Source: Sphagnum compactum
Taxonomy: Eukaryota
DNA length: 64,000 nt
Assembly (NCBI GenBank): GCA_965153455.1
Contig: OZ234493.1
Coordinates: forward strand, 8,484,213 to 8,548,212
Direction of reading: 5' to 3'
Of the stretch, positions 1 through 14,000 are shown in pieces (within the stretch, counting starts at the first letter, position 1; every line of letters starts with the position of its first letter). Below the pieces are notes generated by a model that did no database searches, was not told the DNA's origin, and worked only from the letters and a program-made list of their open reading frames with translations. The translations under genes were made by a program, and so were the position numbers.

Positions 1-517
1 CGCAATGATTTTTTATATTTTATTTTATATTTTATTTTTCCTGTTTTTGCTCTTTCCAATTTTGTGATTTAGATGAAGTGGCGATTGTGGCGATTATCCA
101 TAAGATGATTTAGTCAGATTTGGCGACAAGAAAATATCAAAGTAAAAAAAAAAAACAATCTTTAGCATCCTTCTATAATTTTAGCCACTTGGGATAGAAT
201 CTAGTAATTTGTTTCAAAAAATTAGATTTTTTTTTCAAATTTTTGGTGACTTAAAAAACTTCAAAAAACACTAAATTTTTGCCAATTTGATTATTTATTT
301 TTTGCCATTTGGCAAAAAAATTTGCCCAAAAAAACACTGTGTAACAAGTGCAGCTTCAAACTCATGTGTCTCCAATAATGGATGAATTTTGAAGATAGAC
401 TCCATGCAGATTTTGTGGACATTCTTCCCTATCCATCCATTGACACAATATTCCAGAATGGAATTTGATTAGATATGTAATTCCCATTTTTTTAAACTAC
501 CCTCTACCCAAGGACAA

Positions 518-740
518 TAGAGTTATCCGTAAAGTAAGAAAAACACAGCACCAGAAGAACCCTGAGTTTAATAGCATTCAATAGGGGAGGAAACTCATAA
601 AAACCACCAATTTTGGTTGTAAACTGAGTTTCATCCTGTCTTTCCTGAGCGCCTGCACTGCTGCTACATATATTTCCACTGCTCCTAACTGTACAATTAC
701 TATAATTAGTCTCGAAGTGCCAAGATTGGTTGAGTTTTCC
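518..740 (+). repeat. Conserved non-coding element, copy A (partial, internal deletion)
   Basis: Aligns by eye with 35046-35310: TAGAGTTATC..AAACACAGCAC..GAACCCTGAGTTT..TAGCATTCAA..GAAACTCATAAAA.CCA.CAATTTTGGT.GTAAACTGAGTTTCATCCTG..GCTACATATATTT.CACTGCTCC..ACTATAATTA. Confidence 0.85.
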
Positions 741-811
741 ACAAGCTTCTATAGCTTGCTATTGTAAGAGGTGTAACAAGTTGTTTGGGTGGTGGGTTTT
801 TTTCTTTTGGG

Positions 812-1882
812 TTATTACATAATGTAAAGGGCGTCGTGGTCGTCAGGCGTGGTCTGGCGTGGTCGTCAGGCGTGGTCGTGATGAAATGAAGCTTTTTTCA
901 TTCATCATCTGACCCGTCCATCCCCCGGCAACGTCGTGGTCGTGAAGCTTCGGGATGAAATCAAGCTTTCCATGCAGACGTCGGGATGAAATGAAACTTT
1001 CCATCCGTCCGTCCGTCCGTCATCCATCCCGTCATCCGTCCCGTCATCCATCCAAACAGAACAAATATATATTTTGAAAAGGGAGAAAACTAGAAAAAAA
1101 ATAAAAACAGAAAAACACTTTAACAATTAGAAACTTTTTGTAAACACTTAAACATGAAACAAAAAAGGGAAATACAGTAAAATAATCTTAAAAGAAAATT
1201 AAAAAATAGATGACAAAAAATAAGAAACAAAACAGAGAGCAAAAGAAAGAAAAAAAAAACCATACTTGAAAAAAAAAAGAGGTTTGTCTTCTTTTTCCAA
1301 ACTTCAAACCTGCATCTAATCAAAAAAAAAATTATTTTTATTATAAAACATATTAGAAAAACTAGAATATTTTTTGGAAAGAAAATAGAAACTAAATAAA
1401 TAAAGGCATAATTTTTAAAAAAAATGAAGATAGACAAAATAAGAATAGAAAAAATTAAAACATGAAACAAACATAAACAAAAAAGTAAAACACAAAAACT
1501 ATAAAAAAGGAATGGAAACAAATGAAACAAGGAAAGGGAAATACAGTAAAATCACTTTAAAGAAAAAAAATTACAAAAAAGAAGAAACCAAATAAAGAGT
1601 AGGAAATAAGAAAAAATAAAACTTATAATAATGAAGAAAAACCCTACTTGAAAAAGAATGAGGTGTGTCTTCTTTCTCCAAACTTCAAACTTGCATCCAA
1701 GTAAACAAAAATACAAAAGTGAAAAAGAAACACTTTATTTTTATTTTACAAAATAATAATAAAAACAGAAAACACATAAAAATAAAAAATAAAAAAGATA
1801 AAAGTTTTTAAAAAAAACTAAAACATGAACCAAACATTGTTGAAATAACACACCTGTGCATTAGGCACGGGGTTCAAACTAG
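812..1882 (+). mobile_element. Non-autonomous Helitron (CpG-rich start, probably young)
   Basis: Canonical 3' end: hairpin CTGTGC-ATTAG-GCACGG, then GGTTCAAACTAG|T at 1879-1883. The 5' part has GTGGTCGTCAGGC and CCGT/ATCC micro-repeats. The 5' boundary is approximate. Confidence 0.65.
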
Positions 1883-3239
1883 TTAATGTTTAAAGGTGAT
1901 GTGTGGTGACAATGTCATTTGGGGTGTGGGGTAGCTCCATCGATAAAACAAGAAAACAAAATGGAAAAAAATGAAGAACTTACTTGCACAATACGACCGA
2001 AGGCACACCTCTACACTCTAGGGAAATCTTTGTTTTCTTGCAAATCCTATTAATGCATAACAATGACAATAACACCAACAATTGAGCACTACTACCATCA
2101 CCACCTACCTTTGGAGCTTGATGTTCCTAGAATCCTTAGTTGCTTTGTGCATTATAATAGTCAAAATAGCAACTCCTACTAGTAAGGTTTTAATCATTGT
2201 CAAACATTACAACAAAAAGGAACAAGATGGAGGTGGTGGCAAGGCACCAAGCCCAAGCTTGAACCCACCATTGCTTTGAGCTTGAAGCTTGTTTAGGCTT
2301 GGCCAAGCTTTTTTATTAAAAAAATTAAATTATCTGATTTTTTCAATTTTTTTTCGATATTCAAATTTTTCATCCAACATTTTCATCCATTTTTCATCTT
2401 AAATAATAGCCAATTAATAGGGGTTATCGAATGTATGGATGGGTTAGTATTCAAACACCTACTTATGAACAAACATAGAACAAATCGGACCTTGCAAGTG
2501 GATGAGTTTCACACACATTGACCTTTGTGATTGGCCAATAATTAAAAATTTCATTTAATTCATAAATTTTAATTTTAAATTGGAAATTCATATCTCCATT
2601 GCATGGTGTCAAAATTGGATGCCATCTATGTCATTGGCTTCATGGAAAAAGGGGCAATCAACATTGGAAAAATTAAATGATTTGGAGACAAAAACAATTG
2701 GAGGATGTTCACAAATGCATGAAAAGGTGTGCATGAAACATGTATTCAACAAATTTTCATCAATGAATCACTTGTCATAGTAAGTGTGAATACTATCATT
2801 GTGCAATGCTACACCTCCAACATTTTTCAATTTTTGTTTAAACGATTGTTTGTAAACTTTCCATTGAAACTTGCAAAAAAGGGAATTCATTTTGATTGAA
2901 AATGTGAAACTCATGTTGGTGTTATATTCATGAAGCATTTGTTTTTTTGAAAGTGTTACATTGAGATCTTCTAAATGATATGGGGCATGAAAGGATTGTT
3001 AAACTTGGTTAAGCCATAATTTCATAATTAGTTTGTGAATGCAATAATTTGCAATTAAATCTTGAAGGAATCTTAGGTTAGATGCCAACCATAACTTAAT
3101 TAATGCATCTTTCCCACTTACCTTAAAACCCAAAAATTTCAACATAATTTCAAGATTTAGCAAGAAGGATTAGTCATAATTTGTGTTGGTGTTGTTATGG
3201 GTTATACATTGGAAGAAAAACTATTTTTTGAAACTTGTC

Positions 3240-3355
3240 TTATGCAATTACACGTGTCATATGCAATTAAAAAATGTTGCCTGCAACTGTTCTTTAATTG
3301 CATGTGACATGTATAGTTGCATAAGATAAGTTGCCCAAAAAACAATCTACTAGTG
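3240..3355. mobile_element. Right terminus of a CACTA-type element
   Basis: Ends in TCTACTAGTG (reverse complement CACTAGTAGA), preceded by GTTGCA/TGCAA subterminal repeats as at 31600-31848. Confidence 0.55.
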
Positions 3356-4863
3356 ATATTTAAAGATATGATCAAATAAGTCTCATTGTTTGTTTGTGAT
3401 GGTGAAACAAAATTGATGAGTAGTAAATCATATTTGTTATGTTCACAATGAACTTCATGTGTGTTTGGCCTTTTGAAACATACTTGATGAATGTAAATGT
3501 GTTTTTAATCTAATGTTGGGTTATAGTGTCATGAACATTAATCAAAGAAATTTCTACATTTATTTTTGAGGAACATGCTTAGAGTTTTTGAAATTTATGT
3601 TTAGAAGTTTCTAAAAGTTTTTTTAAATATCCTTACAAAATATGTTTAATAATTTTAAAGAATTTTTAGAAAGATTCAGATAATATGAAATTTAAAAAAT
3701 AAGTTTCTAGAAAAATCTTTGAAAAATATGCATAAAAACTTTTAGAAGTTTCTTAAAATATTTTTGAAAAAAATGCTTCAAATTTTTTTGAAAGATTTTT
3801 TATATACATTTTGAAATATTTTGAAAGATTATTGAAAAATATGTTTAAAAATTTATAAGAATTCCAATAAAGATCCAAAAAACATGCATAATTTTTTAAT
3901 AAACATTAAAATAACTTTTTAAAATATAATTAATGGAAGCTTTTTAAATATAACTAATAAATTTTTTGATAAAATTTGGTCAGAAAACATTTCTAGAATA
4001 TTTTTTCTTGCATCATGCTTTGTTCAATCAATAAAATCATCTAGTTTTCATTGCACAAAAACCTTGTTTGTCAAATTCATATAGTTTTCTTCAGTTTTTA
4101 TATTTATCTTGTCCTTAACATATAACCATGTTCAACATCTTTTGGGAATTAGGTTTCGAAAAATAAGATCTAAGGTTAGAGATCATCATGAAAGTGTTGC
4201 AAGCCTTTGAAAAAAAGGATATTTTGAATGACACTAGTTGATGGTTTCTACAAGTGAGGGTGTGGTTTAGACCATTAACACCACCATCATCATCTAAAGG
4301 GGATTCCTCCTATTTTAATTTGGTTATAAATTTGATTCTACCTGTCACATCATTATTGTGAGACATGGATGAAATTTATGGAACCACGTAATTACAATGT
4401 TCCCATTGCCACAAAGTTGTTTATGATGTTGATCATTGCTTTCAATTGCATCTTGAATTACAACAAGGTCAATCATAGTTTGCCAACACTAACCACTTGG
4501 GTGAGAATGTGGAAAAAACACTTGAAAGAAAAATGTTACAAGCAAAGGCATGACTATTAAATCAATTAAACCAAGGACAAGCCAATATCATGGAAACTAG
4601 ATTTGCACATTTGTAGGTGTTCCTAGTGAACATAACCTTTCAAGTGAAACCCACATCAAGTTCCAATAACCTTAAAAGGTGAAATAATTCCATATTATTT
4701 GACTCAAATCAAAATTGAAAAAAAATTCATGGGGAAATTTGTTTTGGATCCTTAACAAAAGGGTGCATGATATTTAGCTAAATGAAGGTTCACAAGTGCT
4801 AGAAAGTGGTGGAAACCATGTTAAGGTGCAAATGCCAAAAACTATGTCAAATAGTGGTGAAAA

Positions 4864-5737
4864 CACAAGAAGAAAAATTGTCATGCAACTATTGTGTGCA
4901 ATTGATGTAGTTGCATGCAACACATGCAACTGAATTATACCTCATAATTACATAGGACAAGTTGCACATGACCGATAATTGCATGTGATAGTATGTATGT
5001 GAATAGTATATATGGTATGGATTTATATTTTATACATCTATATTACTCTACAGGGGTTATCCATGGTGACACGTGGCATCTCAACCTTATTTCAATATTC
5101 ATCATTATTAATAAATTAATATTTCAGCCATCTAATAAAATGTGAATCAAAATTTGACACATGTTCATTTGTGAAGGCCAATGATATGGTGACACATGAC
5201 ATTTGGACATTATTTCAATATTCATCATTATTAATATCTTAGCCATCCAATAAAATGTGAATCAAATTTTGACACATGTCCATTTGTGAAGGCCAATTAT
5301 ATGGTGACATGCAACATTTAAAACCCATTAATTATGTTTTCTTATTAATCAAATAGGTAGGTAGGTAGGTAGGTCATAAGTCATACATAGGTAGGATGGT
5401 AGGGTTAGGCTAACTAGGTAGGTTTAAAATAATCCAATCTTATGTTTGAATTTAGTTTTTATGGTTGAGCTTCTTTCATTGGCTCACTCCACATAACATT
5501 TGGTATTTCATTTGTGAACAAAACAAATGCACCTACTTATTTAGTGTTCACATTTGAAATTTAGGGCAAAAAATACGGGATAAAAAATTTAATTGCAAAT
5601 GCAACCAATGTAGTTGCAACCTACATGCAAATAGTATGTGTTACCTTTGTCACATTAACAAAGTTTACCTACTAGCTATATTGATTATATTATATGAAAT
5701 ATAATTTAATATGTAGTAATAATTATATGATCTTTTC

Positions 5738-5777
<40 letters not shown>

Positions 5778-6830
5778 CTATGACTACCTATAATAATATT
5801 ATTACATAATTTAAGCTAGTAGCAAATTTAGGTCAATAATTAGCCTAAACTAAAGTACTTATAGGCTAACTAATGACCCTACTAGCCATAAGTATATTAT
5901 GATAATAAATTTAAAATCATAGTTATTGAAAAGTAATAATAAAATTATTAACAACTAATCATAATGATAATAATAATATAACATGTAACATTCACTACTA
6001 ACATTAATTTAAATAATTAGTAATAGTTAATAATAAGTAATTATGTTAACTAATGTAGCCTAGCAACAAATATATTACCATAATTAATAAAAAGAAAATA
6101 GAATATACCAAATAATAGTAACATTATTATTAACTACTAATTTTATTTATAACAATAGTATGATTATAAATATTCACTATTAACATTACTTCAATTAATT
6201 TATACGAATTAATAGTGTTATAACATTATAACCTAGCTTAGGCTAATTAGTGTAACCTACTAACCACATGTATAATAATAATAATAGTAAATATTCATTA
6301 TTAATTTCAATTATAATATTTAATAAAAGTAATATAATACTATAATGTTATTACATAGCTTAAGCTAAGGTATTCATATGCTAGCAAATGTAACCTACTA
6401 AGCATAAGTATATTAACATAATTAATTCTACAAATAATGAATTTAAGTTATTACTATTATTATTATTTTAAAAATAATTACTGCATAATAAATTTTTTTT
6501 CATTAGTAAATACATAATAATGTTAGTAATTATAACTATAACTATTAAAAATGATTTATAGGTATTATTGCCTATAATGATTAATGATTAAAAAATAATA
6601 TTATAGTAATCTTTTAACTTATATTGGTAGCTAACCTAGGTTAGGATATTTAAAGGCTAGCAAGCGTAACCTATTAATTAACCATGGCTAAACTAACATT
6701 GATAATAGTCATATTAATAATTATAATCATAATTTTTTTTTAATAAATATATATATATGATTACCTATAATGATTAATAATATTATAATATAATTACCTA
6801 GCCTAGGCTAGGGCATGCCATTTTAACAAT
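4864..6830. mobile_element. Decayed non-autonomous CACTA-type element related to 29146-31848
   Basis: Degenerate terminus CACAAGAAGAAAA, then the same order of modules as the 29-31.8 kb copy: TTGCA repeats, GACACGTGG, (AGGT)n, GGGATAAAAA, and an extremely AT-rich core with CCTAGG/TAGC motifs. Includes a ~120-bp tandem duplication (5063-5310). Confidence 0.55.
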
Positions 6831-8649
6831 GCCCCACATGTCACAAAATTATTATTTTTCATAATTCCATGTCATTTTCTCCATATACCCATTTTTTTAC
6901 CATTTGTACATTTAATCTCTAGTGCAATGAATGCATTTTGAAACATATATTCCATTTACAAATTTTGATATATGCTTTCATGATTCTTACATATATACAT
7001 TGCAAGCTACTTGTAGTTTCACATTCATCATGCAACTTATAACATTTACTTTCGCCTTTATCATATATATATCATCTTTCGTGCCATGTTTTTTCCAAAT
7101 CCTCATTCATTTATCTCAACCGTTGAATATGGTACATGGGTCAAATATATCTCAACCATTGATCATATGGTACATGGGAGACATATGTGTTTGATTATCT
7201 CAAGTCCATAAAAAATACAAGTATAATTATGTGTCCTGCATGTAATCATTTGTACATAGTAAGGACAATATTAGCTTGTCACCAATTAGCATGTTCCATT
7301 TAGAAACAATCATCAACGACAGGGGTTGCGATGCCTTGATCATTATTGAGTTCTTCTTTTCTTTTGCTTAAACATGGATCACATTTGTAGATCTCATCAA
7401 TGCTTTCCATTTGGGTTTACCGCACCCCCATTCATAGCACCATATTCCATATGTTATTTGTGTCACTGTTCAACGTGCCTTGCATATTCTTTTAGTTCGT
7501 ATGGTCACTGACCATTCAACATTGTAACTTGGCATGTATTTGCCCTTTCTTTTTTTTTCTTTTTTTTCCTTCATGAGGTGGTGAAAAAGCCCACTAAAAG
7601 ACTCGCTTTTGTTTCCATCAATACATAATAAACATTGGGAGTTACAAAAGGAACACACAATTAAAGTTTGGGCTTTAGCTTCCAAAGATTTTCAAAAATG
7701 GTTTTGGATCTTTCTCCACCTCCATTAACACAATTGTGTTGCACACAAGCAAATACTTTTGAGTAGTGCATGCATTGGCTTTGAGGGTTTTTGCGGTCCC
7801 ATTCGGTGAAACCACATTAGCTTTTCGTTTTTTTCATTCATTGCAAAAGGTTGACCTCTATGCTTTTGTCAATAATTTCCACCTAGACATAAAATTTATT
7901 TTAGATTGAGACACATTTATTTTCGCTTTGGCACGTTCATCATGTCTTTCATTTAATAGACCTTTACGTATGGTGTATATGAGTTTTTTTATGATATTGT
8001 TTTGTCCCATATGACTTTGCAAATGGCTTTGATCTATTTTTTGAAGTATGTGGACACATTGTTCATGGTCAAGTTCCCCATATGTATTAGACTTGTTTAT
8101 GGCATCACAATTACTAGCTTTGGAAAAGTAAACTGGTGATATCCAATCCATCACAATTGGAAAGGTGACCTATTGATTGGTCACCAATGAAGATCATATT
8201 TGCCATTGATTTGCTATTGATATAGGCAACCTATTGATTAAAGTGTTAGGCATATGTATCCGTGAACTAAATGGCAAATATGATCTTCTTCTGGTACCTT
8301 AGATCGATTTTTCCCATGTATTTAATGATTTTATGTGTGCCCATCCCCCCAATATATTTGGTAGGGTTCTTGACACATGGATCTCATAGTCATTTCATTT
8401 GAATTTGATACACATTAAGGGGATCCTTTGGGTGAAACATTGTTTGCCATAACACATTTTTGTGTTTTCATCCCTATTACTTTAGCCCACCTTACTTGTG
8501 TTTTTATTCATTTGTTAATGATACACATATTGTTGGTCCTACTTTAGATGTGGTACTTGTTTTTTTACGATTATAATCAAAATTTGATACATTAAGACTT
8601 TTCATTTAACTAGTAAAATGAATAGCTTATATTCCATAGGGATTAAACT

Positions 8650-10540
8650 TGTCCATATCATTTTTTCTAGGCTTTTGAACACCCGACATAGGTTTTCATA
8701 TTCTAGGTGCACCAATGGATTTTATGCCATTTGTGAAGTCCTTTGTTGCAAAGGCACTTTAAAAGGATTTCAAAACCATAATTAACCCCGCCATGCTTAC
8801 AAATCCATAAATAGTCATTGCAATGCTTTCATTTTGTTATGTGTAATGCCCATGCTATTACTACATATTGTATTTTCACCTCCATGTATCTTGCAACATT
8901 ACATTGAGTTTGATTCATGTATCATGGTTATGTAACAAAAGTTATTGAACACATGACCTGCTGGCACTATGGTGGGTCATTTGGCTTGTTTTCAAATTAT
9001 TTACCTACTTTTTAGGGGGCTTGGCCTATCCTCGATGGTTCGATTACTACCTATGCCTTTTTGAGATGTTCGGTTTTGATCACTCATGCATTTGTCATTC
9101 ATTTTTAGTGGGACAATCGCCCTATTCTTCTCGATGCAATGGCGCATGTTAAAACTAACATTATTATTTTCTAGTTGGCATTGTAAGGTGCTCGAATTTT
9201 ACTACCTTAAGTTGTCCATTATCAGGTCCCCCATTTAAAAGTCTTATGGCATGATCATAATATCATTTACAATTCTTTGACAAATTATTTACACAAGTGG
9301 GAGCTTGCCACATTTCTACTAGATGTTCCCACGGATGCCACATGAACACATTACAAATTTACAATATCATGAAATTTCATTATAAACCGTGCAAAAATCG
9401 TAAAACAAAATGTCTTTGCAACATCCGTGGGTTTCAAATGTAAAAATGACACGAAAAATATATATATTACTTCTATATAAATGATATGTCTCTTTTACTT
9501 GTGATGTTTTGATGTGAAATACACACAATTTACATTTTACGTAAATTTGTGCAATTATTGTGATGTAATTTTGGATAACACTATGTGATTTTTGTGTATT
9601 AAACATGAACATTCACGTATGTCATTCAAAAACAATGTTTCATCCATTTGAATATTTAAGATATTGAATATGTGCAAATATCATTTATATTAACCAGAAC
9701 ACAAAATTCATGCGATTTTTGTACGAACTTATGAAGCCTAGTAAGTTTGTGATGCATGTCTCCGATCTTGTGCACGTCCATCCACGAACATTTGGTTATT
9801 AACTCATCTTACCACACTTGCATTTTATTTGTCTTCACTTCATTTCTTTATAACATTAGGTGCCCGCCTTCACTTGCCACATCCTATAGTTACACATCTT
9901 TCATGCTATTAGTGTGGACATATTGTTGATGATTTTGGTATCCATATGTTTCGGTGCATGTGCAGGAAAGTACACTACAACCCACAATATTCTTCAAAAT
10001 ATTGTCACAATTATTACTTTGGAGAATGGAACACATGTACAAAGAATGGTTTCCCACCTTTCCCCCCACCTTACTTAATAACAAATCAACATTCTTATCA
10101 CTAAATACAACTTTTGTACCTCAACAGACATTATCATAGTTGATCAAATTTACCCATAAATGATATATTGTGCATTGTCCACAATAGTGCTTGTAGCAAC
10201 AAATGCCACTTAAGAAAAAACATGATCATATGCAGAGCCGCAACATGAAATGATTTCATTTCCCTTGTTGTAAAAACTTATGGTTGTCTTCATTCTCATT
10301 TCAACTTTTTTTTAAAATTTTTTTGTGCCCATGCCATTATAGCTTATCATTATTGATCCTCTTTGTTTCTTCTGATGTTTATTTTTATTATCAATGGCAT
10401 GGGTCCATAGCCCTCCAATGCACAAAAAACATTGTTATTTTTCAATGTGATGTGAGCTTTGGAAACATTCTTCACTTCTTTTACACATCATAACTAGTGC
10501 ATTTTTGTTGTTAGTTGATTTGTGATAGACGACACCTTTT
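8650..10540 (+). mobile_element. Decayed CRE-like (RLE-type) non-LTR retrotransposon, 3' part
   Basis: Broken frames give ILGAPMDFMPFVKSFV (RT thumb), CLRSCARPSTNIWLLT and LGARLHLPHP. Colinear with the copy at 24345-27475. Confidence 0.6.
9349..9754. mobile_element. 406-bp TIR insertion (CACTA/CMC-like) inside the CRE remnant
   Basis: TIRs CATTACAAATTTAC / GTAAGTTTGTGATG (12/14). CA is duplicated on both sides. Removing the insert rejoins the host frame A-T-*-T-C-L-R-S-C. Confidence 0.6.
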
Positions 10541-11089
10541 TAATTTACAAATTTCTATTTTATTAGTGTATTGGTGGTGGCTTGATTGTTATGTTCTTTT
10601 CTGATTTGTGTTATTGGGATTTTATTTGCCTTTTTACTTTATGGATGGGTTCCAATCCTTGCCTTTTTTAATATACAAGGTTTTTATTCTAATAGTTGGA
10701 AAGGTCAATGTGTATTCCTAACATCCAAGTATATATGTGGGTGCAATTTAGAGATGATTTGCATTACCAAACCCAATTTACATCCAATTAACCAACTAAA
10801 AACTTAACACAATAATGGATTAAATCATTCATCTTTCCCCTTCATTTCACCCAGTTAACTCCCACTTCCCCTTTTCCCCATCTACTTGATTGTTGTCTCA
10901 CTAAAGATTTTAACCATTAAACTCAATTTCACACATAGGGTCAACATAGATATTTTTATTCTATTTAACTCTCTCTTGATTTGGGGTTAAAAAACAAAAA
11001 TATAAGTAGTAAATTAACATATATTCACACAAAAAAAAGAAAAAAAGAGAGTTTAATGGGGTTAATTTAGCCCCTATGTGGAACATTCA

Positions 11090-14000
11090 CATTGAGGGGC
11101 TTTCCAAATTATGCAGTCATATGAGGATTCTTCAATGTCAATGTTTTAAAAATGTAGAATCTATATATATTCCATGTGACATTCATTCAAATCTTGTTAA
11201 GAAAGTGGTAGAACAAATTTGTCAAACTCCATAATATATAGATGTAAAAGTTTCAATTAAACCAAATTGGCAAGGTTTTATAAAACTTGCAAATAAAAAT
11301 CAAAATGATCAATTGCAAAAGGATGAATTTGAAAAAAAATCACCATATGGAAAGTTTTAAACAATTTTGAAGAAGTTATAGAAGAAAATTGTGAAGACAC
11401 ATTAACACAAAATGTTTTGGATGCAAACAAGTGATTGACAATGATTTAAGATTGTTTACAATTGCATTTACAGACAAATTTCAACCATTAAGATTATTTT
11501 GTGATACATATTTTGAAAAATATAATTTTCCAATGTTGTCTTTTGGACATTCAAGACCATCTTTTCAATGTTCATGTATCAAAAAAAATACAAGTTGAAT
11601 TAACAAGTGTCAATTGAAAATTTGCATATTGCGTAATTGAACATATTTTAACAATTGGTCAGGTCTCAATAATACATAATAAAAATTGTATGTTCAACAT
11701 TATGGTAAAAATGAAGCTACATTTGACAAAAGAGAGTTTGTTAGAAATGATATAGTGACATGTGTATGATATTATGCACATAAAATGAATAGTTTTTGAA
11801 AATTATTAAACTATTTTGACTTTTTTTGGGTAAAATCAAAGATTATATTTTTATCAAAAAATTTCAATAAAGAGGTTTAGCTCATAACCATGGATTATTA
11901 TGGTAAGATAACTCCCCTCAAATTGATATTTGTTCAAATGAAAATATCAAAAAAAATCTTGATAAATATCAAACTACTAATCAAACCATGCTTTAACATG
12001 AAATTCATAATAATCAAATACATCAACATAAACAGACATGTTTGAAAAAAAAAAAATTTGTCGATTTCAATATCCAAAACCACCAATGAAACTTACAAAA
12101 ATATTATCACCTTTAGATAATAAAAAATATTAAAAAATTTATGTCATATAACAATTCAAATATTTAACAAATTCATTGAAATGAAATTGGGTTAAAAATT
12201 TTCATTTTATTAGTTTCTTGTAGAATCACAAATAAACAAAACAACTTATTTGCTCACACTACAATGTACATTACAAAAACCAACATTGTTCTTCGAATGG
12301 AAGCCAAATGATATACATACAAGTGTAGATAACGTACATGCTAAACCATTGTGGGAAGCAAAAACATATGCATAATTTTTTAAATATCCATATGTAGTTG
12401 CATCCTATTACGCTTTTTATTTGACATAAATTGATAAATCTATAACACAAAAAATCAATATGTGCTAGGCAAATGCAAAAACAAACAAATTGAAGAATTT
12501 GAATGAATAAAAAAATAAAGAAATGTTCTTTTAAATGCACAACAAATGTCAATACTATAAGCAATTATATATCATTATCAATTTCGTTTTATCATTCAAC
12601 AAGGTCATTTCAATTCATAAATTCATACGATGAACATGACAGAGCTTTTGTATTATTATCACAAAAAAAGCAAAACAATTACCACCAATTGCAACAGATG
12701 TACATTGCAAATCACTTATTGACAAATATAAAAATGAATAGAAAAGTTAGATTTTTTGCATCTTGCAAAATTTGTGGCGAATTATGATATAGAAACGTGT
12801 AAAATATGTTTTGGAAAAAAAAATGTTGGATGTCATTTAATGTTCATAAAAACCTAAAAACCATATAAATAATAATAATTTTTATTTAAACATTTTTGTG
12901 GACTAGATGCATATTTAAATTTTAAAAAAAACATTGAAAAATTTAGAAAAAAAATTATATGTAACTTTAACAATGAATGGAATGATTTAAAATTAAAATT
13001 TTAAAAAATGAAAAAATCAATGAATGAATGGGAAATCATTTTTTGCAATGAGATTGATGCTAATGAAATGACTCATGTAAGAACCCATTATTTTTTAACA
13101 CCAAAAGAATTGAACATTATGATTTGGCATATGAAAATATCAAACAATTTAAACTTAAAAATTAAAAGAAGATTTGTTCATTGATAAAATTTTTGTACAT
13201 ACAAATGAACAAATACCATATGACCAATTCTTTTCAAACATGAGACAACTTAATCACAAACAAGGACTTATTTTAGACAATAATATATACAAAAAAATAA
13301 AGATCCAACAACAACTTTGCATTTTTTTTTACACGAAATAAAAACATGGGCAAAACATTTACATTAATGTGTATCACACAAAATATGTTACAATATTATA
13401 TATTAGAAATAATAAATCCGGCCCTTTCAAACCAAAAATTATGAAATTAACATATATAAGAAAAACTACATTTCACATTAATGGCACAACAATACATTCA
13501 ATGTTCACAATTCCATTAAACAAAAACTATAATGAATTAAAAGCATTAAATGATAAAAAATAATGTGACAATTTAATAAAAAATATGATCATTTACAATT
13601 GGTAATCATAAACGAAATATTTCTTGTAGGAAGTAGAATGTTAACATTTATTGATCATAGATTAGATGTTATAAAACAAGTTCACAACAAATTCATGGGT
13701 GGACTTTACATCATAATGTCAAGTGATTTTGATTTAGCTCTTCTGGTACAAGATTCTTGGATTTTCAAATTGAAAATTGATGAACTTGATCTTTTTAGTT
13801 ATAATTTTTGGTATGAACATGTTATGAATTAAAACAAGTTATGCAACAAAACGATAAAAAAGTTGTTGATATTTTAGAGAAATTTTGAATTACATCACAA
13901 AATTTCAAAGATATTAATTTTATCAATAAAATTTGTTTAAAAACCCCACCCACTAACAATACATTACGACATTTGTTTTACGCAAATGTCAAAACAATTG

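Noticed and set aside
1120-1530. Hydrophobic 136-aa ORF and similar F/I/L-rich short ORFs in the ORF track
   Set aside because: These are artefacts of A/T-rich low-complexity repeat DNA.
6850-8600. Decayed coding-like sequence on the minus strand
   Set aside because: Probably a transposon remnant, but I found no diagnostic motif, so it is left unassigned.
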